Shown here: positions 56,038 to 64,000 of the stretch, piece after piece
Position numbering within the stretch: the stretch's first letter is position 1
Layout: each line of letters opens with the position of its first letter
Source: a virus
Lineage: Duplodnaviria > Caudoviricetes
DNA length: 64,000 nucleotides
Virus record (IMG/VR): IMGVR_UViG_3300014204_000145
Span: 1-64,000 of that record
Direction: 5' to 3' (one strand)
Translations under genes and position numbers: made by a program
The notes under the pieces: generated by a model
What the model saw: the letters and a program-made list of their open reading frames with translations, nothing else
Database searches by the model: none
Told to the model about the DNA's origin: nothing

Positions 56038-56544
56038 ATGGAAACTAAATACTACACCCCTTCAATAGATGAGTTCTGTATCGGATTTGAATATGAATAC
56101 TCTTTGATGGGTCATAGATTTGTAAAGGAAAATAATACTCTAGTAAATCGCACTGAACCAGTGAAACATTGGATAAAAGGTATTGTTGAGGATATAGATA
56201 CACTAAAGATGTTGGAAGTTAATTTTATAAATACAGATAGGTTAAGAGTTAAGTATCTTGATAAAGTTGATATTGAATCTTTAGGATTTGAAGAAGAAGA
56301 TTACTCTGATTTAGACATAGGTAAATTTACAAAAGTCTATGCAACATTTGGTAAGAATAAAGACACCAAACTGTATGGTGCTACACTATTTACAGGGAAC
56401 ATAGTAGACAGTACGTATATAAAAATAGATGGAGCAATTTCTCCAGGGCCTATCATGGGGTATTTAGGGAGAACGATATTCAAAGGTAACATTAAAAATA
56501 AAACAGAGTTAGGAAAACTTCTTAAACAATTAAACATAATATAA
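56038..56544 (+). CDS. Bacteroidota-phage hypothetical protein
   Basis: YYTPSIDEFCIGFEYE…RVKYLDKVDIESLGF…FKGNIKN pattern. Confidence 0.7.
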   Translation: METKYYTPSIDEFCIGFEYEYSLMGHRFVKENNTLVNRTEPVKHWIKGIVEDIDTLKMLEVNFINTDRLRVKYLDKVDIESLGFEEEDYSDLDIGKFTKVYATFGKNKDTKLYGATLFTGNIVDSTYIKIDGAISPGPIMGYLGRTIFKGNIKNKTELGKLLKQLNII

Positions 56545-56858
56545 TGGAGCTTAAATTTCCTAAGAAAATAACCATACTTGGTTATCCGTTTAAAATAACT
56601 TATAGTAAGACACATGGTGGAGGAGCATTTAACTTCTCTACACTATCTTTAGAAATAGGTACAGAATTTATAGAGATAGACCCTATACAAACCCTATTAA
56701 CTATTAATCATGAATTAATGGAGATGATATTAGAAGGCATGTATTTAAGGTATACTGAAGGAGATGCAGCAGCAGGTTGGAGATTCTCTTTTACTCATAA
56801 AGAGTTCTGTACTGCAATGGCAATATTTACAGAGAAACAAAAAGAATTTATAAAATAA
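56544..56858 (+). CDS. Zincin-like small phage protein (degenerate HExxH)
   Basis: KITILGYPF…TLLTINHELMEMIL. Confidence 0.5.
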   Translation: MELKFPKKITILGYPFKITYSKTHGGGAFNFSTLSLEIGTEFIEIDPIQTLLTINHELMEMILEGMYLRYTEGDAAAGWRFSFTHKEFCTAMAIFTEKQKEFIK

Positions 56859-56863
56859 ATAAT

Positions 56864-57208
56864 ATGTGTGGAGAAGGACAAAACCCAACAGCCTACGAGA
56901 GAGTAGATGACCTTTGCTTAGATGTTTTATACGGAATAGCTAAGTATAACAGTAGTTATGATAAGATTGTACACCAAGAAGGGGATGGCTATCCTTTACA
57001 AGTAATCTTAGAGTTTCCTACCGAGACTATTAAAGAGGTGATAAGTGAACTCCTAATGAAATATACATCTTTTACAACAAATGATGACGGCACTATATCA
57101 TTGTTAAATGGTATAAGAATAAGAGAAAACAAAGCATTAAAAGGTAAACAATTTAATATTGCAGAATATGAGTATTCCACAGAATTGGATAGAGAGAGCA
57201 AAGAATAA
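56864..57208 (+). CDS. Hypothetical protein (114 aa)
   Basis: ORF in string. Confidence 0.55.
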   Translation: MCGEGQNPTAYERVDDLCLDVLYGIAKYNSSYDKIVHQEGDGYPLQVILEFPTETIKEVISELLMKYTSFTTNDDGTISLLNGIRIRENKALKGKQFNIAEYEYSTELDRESKE

Positions 57209-57431
57209 GGACTATTTTTATAACAGTTATCTTAACAGGTTTAGAACACCTAAAGAGATTGTAGATAGTTGGTTTGATAGGGCACACACTTTACAGATAG
57301 AAAATCCTGAAGAGTTTGCAAGACTTTGGAAAGAAGCTTTTGAAAAAGCACCTCCAATAGAATGGTTGATACTGCCTGAAGGAGAAGAAGAACTGAAGTT
57401 TAATAATAAGTACATTTGGGAATTAAAATAA
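57159..57431 (+). CDS. Hypothetical protein (90 aa)
   Basis: Overlaps the previous ORF by 50 nt; fills the gap. Confidence 0.45.
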   Translation: MQNMSIPQNWIERAKNKDYFYNSYLNRFRTPKEIVDSWFDRAHTLQIENPEEFARLWKEAFEKAPPIEWLILPEGEEELKFNNKYIWELK

Positions 57432-57452
57432 TTATTAATTAAATAAATAACA

Positions 57453-57785
57453 ATGAAGAAAGAAGAAAAAGAAAGCATCAGATTTAAACCTCACAGAGGG
57501 TATATCGCTATTGCATTACCTGCAGAAGCTTACCCTGTTGAAAACCTAGAGTTCACTTCTAAAGCAGCTTGGATGGCTATAGTAGATGAAAAAGGTAAAG
57601 AGTATGTGAATGGTGAGTTGACGGTTGTTGCCATTGGAGAAGGAGTGGACACAGTAGCAGTAGGAGATAGAATAATTGCAGCTACACACGCTAGACTTCA
57701 GCGTATAGAAATAGAGGTAGGTACTAAGTATCCAAAATTATATTGGGTAATGAGAGAGTCTGAAATTTTAGTTATCATGGTGTAA
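57453..57785 (+). CDS. groES: GroES/Cpn10-like co-chaperonin
   Basis: FKPHRGYI…VVAIGEGVDTVAVGDRI…YWVMRESEIL pattern. Confidence 0.7.
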   Translation: MKKEEKESIRFKPHRGYIAIALPAEAYPVENLEFTSKAAWMAIVDEKGKEYVNGELTVVAIGEGVDTVAVGDRIIAATHARLQRIEIEVGTKYPKLYWVMRESEILVIMV

Positions 57786-58207
57786 TGAAGAACAAGGAGA
57801 GTCTAAATATTGTAACGTTTCGTAAGAATTGTATTGTTAAGAACAATACTCCTGAAGAATTCTTTACAGTATTTTTATCTAATCTTAATACTATCTGTGA
57901 AGTAAATAAACCTGGAGATATTAAAGTCTTAGCATTCTTATGTGCTAAGGCTGATTTAGATGGAAGGGTTCAATTATCTTCTAAGATACGTAAAGAGATT
58001 ACAGAGAAAATTGGATACTCTTCTTCTGCATTCTCTAACTCACTATCAAGACTTAAGATGACAGACACTATCACAGGAGAAGGAGGGGATTATGAAGTTA
58101 ATCCCCAATACTTCTGGGATGGTACAACAGAAGAGAGAAGACAATTATTAAGAGATAGAAATTTTGATTTACTATTAAGGTTTAGAATGAACGATGTCAA
58201 AATATAA
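57785..58207 (+). CDS. Winged-HTH protein (RepL-like)
   Basis: IGYSSSAFSNSLSRL…YEVNPQYFWDG. Confidence 0.6.
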   Translation: MKNKESLNIVTFRKNCIVKNNTPEEFFTVFLSNLNTICEVNKPGDIKVLAFLCAKADLDGRVQLSSKIRKEITEKIGYSSSAFSNSLSRLKMTDTITGEGGDYEVNPQYFWDGTTEERRQLLRDRNFDLLLRFRMNDVKI

Positions 58208-58281
58208 TATAGCACAGCACTGCATTAAGTGCCGAGATGTAAAACCTCACATATCAACTAAAGAAGGTTTAGAGTGTATAT

Positions 58282-58659
58282 GTGGTTATAAAAGCAAATA
58301 TGAAAAACGTACTGAAAGCAAGGCTGAGTAAAGACGACTTTATAGTAGCCTACTTAAAAATATGGAACGGAGGACTTCAACTAACAGATAAGGAATTTTC
58401 TATTGTAGTTGAAATCGTTAAGTTGTATATGGACTACACAGAGCAAGGAGTTAAAGACCCTGCCCTATCTGAATTAGTATTCTCACCAAAGAATATGAAA
58501 AAGGTTAAAGAGGTACTTGATATCTCTAAACAAAACTGGAACAACTATAAGAATAAGCTTATAGAAAAGAAAATAATTTTAGGAGATGAAACAGGGCCTA
58601 CATTAAATCCTCTACTATATCCTAAGAAAGAAATAACATTTGAATTTGAAATAATATAA
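58282..58659 (+). CDS. Putative HTH DNA-binding protein
   Basis: LDISKQNWNNYKNKL…LNPLL pattern. Confidence 0.55.
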   Translation: MVIKANMKNVLKARLSKDDFIVAYLKIWNGGLQLTDKEFSIVVEIVKLYMDYTEQGVKDPALSELVFSPKNMKKVKEVLDISKQNWNNYKNKLIEKKIILGDETGPTLNPLLYPKKEITFEFEII

Positions 58660-59021
58660 TGTATACAGACATAAGTAAAATAGGTAAGAAAGAACGCAAA
58701 GCCGTTCAAGAAAAGCAATCTCAGATTAGATTCTTCAGGAAGACTCTAGATGAGCATTGTGCCAATAAACCTGTTATAGATATGACAGAGACAGACCCAG
58801 AGAAACTACACAACACAACACAAGCTGTAGCAGGTTGGGCTTATAGGAGAGGTAAATTAATAAGAACATTAGATGAATTAGGATATGAGTTTAAAGGAGA
58901 TAATGAAAGGGTTTACAGGGAAAGCCTTGAGCAAGGCAGGGCTTTTAGAGAAATATATGGAGAACAAAGCTTCCCAAAGATTAGCGATATGTCTACAGTG
59001 CCCAATACTATTGAAGACTAG
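58659..59021 (+). CDS. Hypothetical protein (120 aa)
   Basis: TAATG-coupled to the previous gene; 3' part overlaps the next ORF. Confidence 0.5.
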   Translation: MYTDISKIGKKERKAVQEKQSQIRFFRKTLDEHCANKPVIDMTETDPEKLHNTTQAVAGWAYRRGKLIRTLDELGYEFKGDNERVYRESLEQGRAFREIYGEQSFPKISDMSTVPNTIED

Positions 59022-59115
59022 TATGAAGTGTGATAAAAATAAAGGTGGGTGTAATTGCTTCGTAGAAGCTAAAGTTTATTGTAATAGTTGTAAATGTCCT
59101 AAAGGAAAATGGTAA
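58885..59115 (+). CDS. Small Cys-rich zinc-binding protein
   Basis: RLAICLQCP…C…CNC…AK…CPKGKW motif common in crAss-like/Bacteroidota phages. Confidence 0.7.
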   Translation: MSLKEIMKGFTGKALSKAGLLEKYMENKASQRLAICLQCPILLKTSMKCDKNKGGCNCFVEAKVYCNSCKCPKGKW

Positions 59116-59414
59116 TGAATATATTTAATAGAATAAAAAAACTGTTTAAGAAGAATAACACAATAGCATCTAAAGATGATTGCGTAATTCTCAGGTTTCA
59201 AAGAGGTTTTATAGCAGAGAAAACCGTCTTCAGTGAAAGTGAAGCAATAGAATTTTGTCTACGACAAAACTATAAAGCATACACTTCTTTAAAGGGCTTT
59301 ATCATTCAAGACTATAAAGTGTGGATAGGAAGTGCAAAAGATGTTTCTTTGAGAAACTACGGTAAAGACTATACAAATATCCCTGTATACACATACTTAC
59401 AAATATCACATTAA
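59109..59414 (+). CDS. Hypothetical protein (101 aa)
   Basis: ORF in string. Confidence 0.5.
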   Translation: MVMNIFNRIKKLFKKNNTIASKDDCVILRFQRGFIAEKTVFSESEAIEFCLRQNYKAYTSLKGFIIQDYKVWIGSAKDVSLRNYGKDYTNIPVYTYLQISH

Positions 59415-59415
59415 T

Positions 59416-59847
59416 ATGAAAATGGTAATGAAAATGATGAAATACCAAACTCTATCAAGAGTTGTTGAAGGTAAAACACAATATATTAGTGGCTGTATAG
59501 ACTACCCTTCTGTGTGGCGAGATACACACTACAGTTATATGCAATACAAAGCAATAGCTAATGAAAGAGAGTATGCAAAACGTACACACATAAAAGTACT
59601 TGTATCGGTAGGTGGGTACAATGTGGTAGATACAGAAGGAGTCGTAGAATACCTAAACTACAAAAACTTTGATATTAAGTACCCTGAGTATGCAGGAAAA
59701 CACTATGAGTTTTATGAAGGTATTGAAATAAAAGAATCAGGGTATGGCACAGGAGATGCAGGATTCTTTTTCCCTCAAGACCGAATAAGTTCTGTAACAG
59801 GAACTTATAGTATAAGACCTGATGGAACCTTTATAAAAAAATTATGA
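59416..59847 (+). CDS. Hypothetical protein (143 aa)
   Basis: ORF in string. Confidence 0.55.
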   Translation: MKMVMKMMKYQTLSRVVEGKTQYISGCIDYPSVWRDTHYSYMQYKAIANEREYAKRTHIKVLVSVGGYNVVDTEGVVEYLNYKNFDIKYPEYAGKHYEFYEGIEIKESGYGTGDAGFFFPQDRISSVTGTYSIRPDGTFIKKL

Positions 59848-60428
59848 AGATAGTAGAAACATTCAGTCCTGAAGCAAACTTTTGGAAAGAACACAGTCAA
59901 CTAGCAGCAGCAGGGCCTATAAAGAAATTATATGATGAGGATACTTCTAAACAAAAGATGGTATCCTCTAAACTTATGTGGTGTATAGTACTTATATGGG
60001 ATAGAAATTCTTTATTCTATAACTTACCTGAGATAGGTGAAGACAGTAAGATAGTTACGATATTTGAAGATTATTATGGTTCCTTAGAAGCATATGAATC
60101 TAATAAAGCTTTAATAAATGAAATAAAAGATTTCTATCTAAAACTTCAAGAAACTCCTGCAGAAAGAAGTGTAAGGTCTGTTGAGAAGAAGTTAGAAGAA
60201 CGTGCAAAATTCTTAAATGAAACTGATTATACTTTAGGTACACCTACAGAGAAAGGGACTTGGGTAGGAGGTACAGCAGCTATATTAGATGGTATGTTAG
60301 CTAACACTAAGAAGATAACAGACTTATATGAAACAGCTCTTAAAGCTGTAGCTACAGAAGCTTATAAATCTGATGGTATAGCAAAAGGTGGAGGACGTTC
60401 ATCTGCAAGTGATGAAGAAAAGATATAA
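59844..60428 (+). CDS. Hypothetical protein, candidate terminase small subunit
   Basis: Helical; two genes upstream of TerL; flexible AKGGGRSS C-terminus. Confidence 0.4.
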   Translation: MKIVETFSPEANFWKEHSQLAAAGPIKKLYDEDTSKQKMVSSKLMWCIVLIWDRNSLFYNLPEIGEDSKIVTIFEDYYGSLEAYESNKALINEIKDFYLKLQETPAERSVRSVEKKLEERAKFLNETDYTLGTPTEKGTWVGGTAAILDGMLANTKKITDLYETALKAVATEAYKSDGIAKGGGRSSASDEEKI

Positions 60429-60431
60429 ACT

Positions 60432-60674
60432 ATGATAGAACATTGGAGTAAATATAAAGAGATTGCAAAGAAGAGAGGTTTATCTATTGATACAATACAA
60501 AAGATATGTGACTCTCAGTTTGAGTTTGTTCGTAATACTATGATGGAAGGTAATGACCAATCTGTTAGATTACAATATCTAGGAGTGTTTAGAGTGGAAC
60601 CTGGTAAGAGAGAAAAGGTTAAGAGAAGAAATGCTAAGATAGCAGAGATTAAAAGAAAGAAAAGGAATGGCTAA
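60432..60674 (+). CDS. HU/IHF-like DNA-binding protein
   Basis: IAKKRGLS…ICDSQFEFVRNTM…VRLQYLGVFRV. Confidence 0.7.
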   Translation: MIEHWSKYKEIAKKRGLSIDTIQKICDSQFEFVRNTMMEGNDQSVRLQYLGVFRVEPGKREKVKRRNAKIAEIKRKKRNG

Positions 60675-62934
60675 GATTAATAAAAGAAATGATGAAGTTA
60701 ATTACGTTGATGAAAAGAAACATCAAAGGTATGTCTCTAATATTAATTTTATTCATGACATAGAAGAAATCAATCCTCTGTCTATAAAATATCTTAAGTA
60801 TTGGAAAGAGGTTAAACGTAGATGTATAGAAGGTTACTGGTTTGAAGGTAAATGGATGCCAGGTTCTTTATACTTCTATATAAACTTGTGGAAGATACGT
60901 TTAAGTAAAGATAATAATGCTAAGTCTAAGGTTATAGGGAGACCGTTTTTAAGGGACTTAGAATGGGAGAAATCTTATGTATACGCTGAAGCAAAAGGAT
61001 TTTCAGGATTCTTAGAAGACAGTGAAACAACTTGTCATAGACTTATTCCTGTTGTAGAGAAGATGGAGAATTGGAGAGAATTCTACAACTTACCACCTGA
61101 AGTATTTAAACCTAACGGTAGCTTTAAAAAATATATACCTGCTAGAGAATACTTAAGAATGACTCATACAACTGACTTAGGTAAACCCTTATTTCAGAAT
61201 GGTGCAAAGAATGTTATAGACATACAAGCCAGAGGCGGGGGGAAGAGTTATGGTATGAGTGGACTTGTAGGACATAATTTTACTACAGATGGTGCTACAG
61301 ATTACGATGAGTATTTTGAAGGACTTACTAATGGTAATAGAATGGCTTGTGAAACAATGGTTGGTGCTATAGATAGTGCTTACTCTAAAGATTTATTAAC
61401 CAAAGTACAACTAGGTTTTGATGAATTAGTTGGAGAACAGATGTTTCAAAATGAAGCTTATCCAAGTCCTATGAAGAAAGGATACAACGGTTCTTGGTTT
61501 TCAGGAAAACAGTTTATAGAAGCTAAGGTAGATAAGATGATAGGGGGACGTTGGAAACGTGTGGGTTCAGGTTCTATTATATATCATAGAAGTTTTAGAG
61601 ATGACCCATTCTCAGGTAATGGTACACGTTGTTCTCTAATAGTATTAGAGGAGGTCGGTTTCTTTAGTAATTTAAAAGCTACTTTAGGAGCCTTAAAAGA
61701 TACTACATATAACGGCCCTAATAAGTATGGGGTAATATACATGACAGGTACTGGGGGTGATATGGAAGGTGGTTCTTCCGAACAAGCTATGGAAATTTTT
61801 AATAATCCCTCAGGCTTTGATTGTCTTGAGTTTAATGATATATGGGAACAAACAGGTTCTATAGGGTACTTTGTACCTTATGAAGCAACACTTAATGAAT
61901 ATAGAGATTCAGAAGGAAGAACAGATTGGGTTAAAGCTAAGAACTATGTAGATATAAAAAGAGAGAATTTAAGATTAGGTAAATCTAAAAAACCTCTTTA
62001 TGATGAGATGCAGAATAATCCTAGAGTACCTTCAGAAGCATTCCTTACAATGAATTCTAACATATTCCCTGTAGGTGAATTAAAAGAACATCTAGGTTGG
62101 TTAAGGTCTAATCAACATGATGCCTTTGTTAAAGGTCAAAATGGAGAATTAGTATGGGAACAAGGAGAAGGACAAGTTGCACCAAGAGTTAAATGGCTCC
62201 CTGACTTGCATGGTAAACTAACACCTTGTTGGTTTAAGATGAAGAAAGAAGATGATGCTACAGGTTGTATACAAATATGGGAGCATCCTCAAGCAGTAAA
62301 TGGACAAGTGCCTTATGGACTGTATGTAGCTGGTAATGACCCTTATGACCAAGACCAATCAGTACATACAATGTCTTTAGGTTCTACTTTTATATATAAA
62401 ACTTTTAATACAGAAGAAGGAATATATGAATGGCCTGTTGCAGAATATACAGCAAGACCTGCTACAGCAGAACAACATCATGAGAACGTACGTAAGCTAT
62501 TAACTTATTACAATGCTACTTGTCTATACGAAAATGAAAGAAACTCTCTTAAAATGCATTTTTCTAACAAACATTCCTTACATTTGTTAGCGAAAACTCC
62601 AACGATATTAAAATCTACGGAAGGTTCAAAAGTTCAAAGAGGTTATGGTACGCATATGACAGCACAGATAAAGGATGAGCTAGAGATATATACAAGAGAT
62701 TGGTTAATGCAGGATGCAGGGGATGGTAGACTTAATCTTCATAAAATATATTCTATACCTCTATTAGAAGAGTTTATATATTACAATAAAGAGGCTAATT
62801 TTGATAGGATTATCGCAATCATGCTTACCATATGTCATCGTATGATGAACTATCACACTAGAGTTAGTGAGGTAGTAGAAAAGAATAACGACTTTGATAC
62901 TTTTTTTAAGAGGGTTAATAAATTTTATAACTAA
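60667..62934 (+). CDS. terL: Terminase large subunit
   Basis: Walker A ARGGGKSY, Walker B LEEVG, GTGGD, nuclease GNDPYD, YENE, NFDRI. Confidence 0.95.
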   Translation: MAKINKRNDEVNYVDEKKHQRYVSNINFIHDIEEINPLSIKYLKYWKEVKRRCIEGYWFEGKWMPGSLYFYINLWKIRLSKDNNAKSKVIGRPFLRDLEWEKSYVYAEAKGFSGFLEDSETTCHRLIPVVEKMENWREFYNLPPEVFKPNGSFKKYIPAREYLRMTHTTDLGKPLFQNGAKNVIDIQARGGGKSYGMSGLVGHNFTTDGATDYDEYFEGLTNGNRMACETMVGAIDSAYSKDLLTKVQLGFDELVGEQMFQNEAYPSPMKKGYNGSWFSGKQFIEAKVDKMIGGRWKRVGSGSIIYHRSFRDDPFSGNGTRCSLIVLEEVGFFSNLKATLGALKDTTYNGPNKYGVIYMTGTGGDMEGGSSEQAMEIFNNPSGFDCLEFNDIWEQTGSIGYFVPYEATLNEYRDSEGRTDWVKAKNYVDIKRENLRLGKSKKPLYDEMQNNPRVPSEAFLTMNSNIFPVGELKEHLGWLRSNQHDAFVKGQNGELVWEQGEGQVAPRVKWLPDLHGKLTPCWFKMKKEDDATGCIQIWEHPQAVNGQVPYGLYVAGNDPYDQDQSVHTMSLGSTFIYKTFNTEEGIYEWPVAEYTARPATAEQHHENVRKLLTYYNATCLYENERNSLKMHFSNKHSLHLLAKTPTILKSTEGSKVQRGYGTHMTAQIKDELEIYTRDWLMQDAGDGRLNLHKIYSIPLLEEFIYYNKEANFDRIIAIMLTICHRMMNYHTRVSEVVEKNNDFDTFFKRVNKFYN

Positions 62935-62937
62935 AAT

Positions 62938-64000
62938 ATGTCAAACGATTTTTACTCACATCACCTGTATTCAACACTACCTTCACAAATGGTAGGGTTA
63001 AATGCTAAAGATAAGTCTTGGAAAGAACAGTGTGTTTCTGCAATATGTTCTATGGGGAGTGGCCGTATATCTAATGGTCGTTCTAATTGGAACAGAAAAC
63101 AGATTAACTATGATTTAGTTAATTCTATTTTAAATGAAGCAGATTTCAACTATATACTTAATCCATATGGTGTTAAAGAGAAGATAGGTAATCAACCTGC
63201 TAAACTCCGTAACATTAATCTTATAGTTAATAAGTTAAACTTATTAAAAGGTGAAGAGATACAAAGACCTTTCCAATTTCAGGTAATAGCTACTAATGGC
63301 AATGCTATTAATGAGAAAGAGAATCAAAAGAGGGATATGCTTTTACAGGCACTTCAAGCAAGTCTTGCACAAGAACTGGGTATCTCACAAGAACCTACAA
63401 TTGACCCTCAAACAGGTGAAGAGATTCCTCCTAAAACATTTGCTGAAGTTGAACAATATGCTAGATATAATCTTAAAGATATTAGAGAGCAATGGGGTAA
63501 TGATTTACTTCAATACTTAAAACATGAAGAACAAATAGAATTAAAATTTAATGAGGGCTGGGAGCATGGACTCGTTACAGCAGAAGAAATATACTATATA
63601 GGTATAACTAATGGTCAACCGAGATTACGAGTCTGCAACCCCCTTAATTGTGAATTTGATAGAAATCCAGGTAATCCTAACATAGAGGATGGAGACTGGT
63701 TTAAAGAAGACCGTTGGATGACTAAGGGACAAATCTTAGATGAATTCGGTGCTTACTTAACTGTAGAACAAATAGAAAAATTAGACAGAGGAAACTTAGC
63801 TCAAGGATTAACTAATCAAATGTTTCCAGGTTTTGCTTATACAGAATCAGATATAGCAGGATATGAAAAAGGAAATTTTGCTAATAGAAGTAAATCTAGT
63901 TCTACTCACTTTCTAGTATCACATGTTGTATGGAAATCTATGAAAGAGGTAGGATTCTTATCTTACCCTGATGAGAATGGTGTAATGCAAGAAGGTGTAG
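62938..64000 (+). CDS. Portal protein (3' end outside window; absent from ORF track)
   Basis: Manual translation MSNDFYSHH…NPYG…PAKLRNINLI…LKGEEIQRPF…; directly follows TerL as in crAss-like phages. Confidence 0.85.
   Translation, partial: MSNDFYSHHLYSTLPSQMVGLNAKDKSWKEQCVSAICSMGSGRISNGRSNWNRKQINYDLVNSILNEADFNYILNPYGVKEKIGNQPAKLRNINLIVNKLNLLKGEEIQRPFQFQVIATNGNAINEKENQKRDMLLQALQASLAQELGISQEPTIDPQTGEEIPPKTFAEVEQYARYNLKDIREQWGNDLLQYLKHEEQIELKFNEGWEHGLVTAEEIYYIGITNGQPRLRVCNPLNCEFDRNPGNPNIEDGDWFKEDRWMTKGQILDEFGAYLTVEQIEKLDRGNLAQGLTNQMFPGFAYTESDIAGYEKGNFANRSKSSSTHFLVSHVVWKSMKEVGFLSYPDENGVMQEGV

Noticed and set aside
56337-57478. Minus-strand ORFs 56337, 56989, 57227
   Set aside because: Antisense to the co-directional plus-strand gene string.
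60667-62934. Intein or intron in the terminase
   Set aside because: ATPase and nuclease motifs are contiguous; no intein-type splice motifs or frame break seen.
63296-63520. 74-aa ORF in the track
   Set aside because: Out-of-frame ORF inside the portal gene (62938 onward).

Overview
A 64-kb segment of a lytic crAss-like (Crassvirales-type) phage genome. The host is probably Bacteroidota, judged from TAnnTTTG promoters and A-rich leaders without Shine-Dalgarno sites. Layout: (1) 1-17.5 kb, + strand: 3' part of the virion RNA polymerase (GSDFDIDK), a second large virion protein, tail/receptor-binding genes, an amidohydrolase and an M15 endolysin. (2) 17.6-54.4 kb, - strand: replication genes (nuclease, RusA-like, primase, SSB, AAA ATPase, DnaB, SF2 helicase, family A DNA polymerase), nucleotide enzymes, many small accessory genes and several kb of structured non-coding DNA. 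(3) 55.3-64 kb, + strand: small genes, GroES-like, HU-like, terminase large subunit and the start of the portal. Main items the ORF track misses: a 944-nt group I intron splitting the polymerase HD^E motif and carrying a LAGLIDADG gene that reads through the ribozyme core; a mini-array of integron-cassette-like genes bounded by attC-like hairpins with cassette-specific end complementarity (32.7-33.5 kb); five tRNA-shaped elements with intact acceptor and T arms but abnormal anticodon arms, interleaved with long-stemmed candidate ncRNAs (44-55 kb); and an apparently circularly permuted DUF1566/Lcl lectin domain. All family assignments are from motif recognition by eye; no searches were run.
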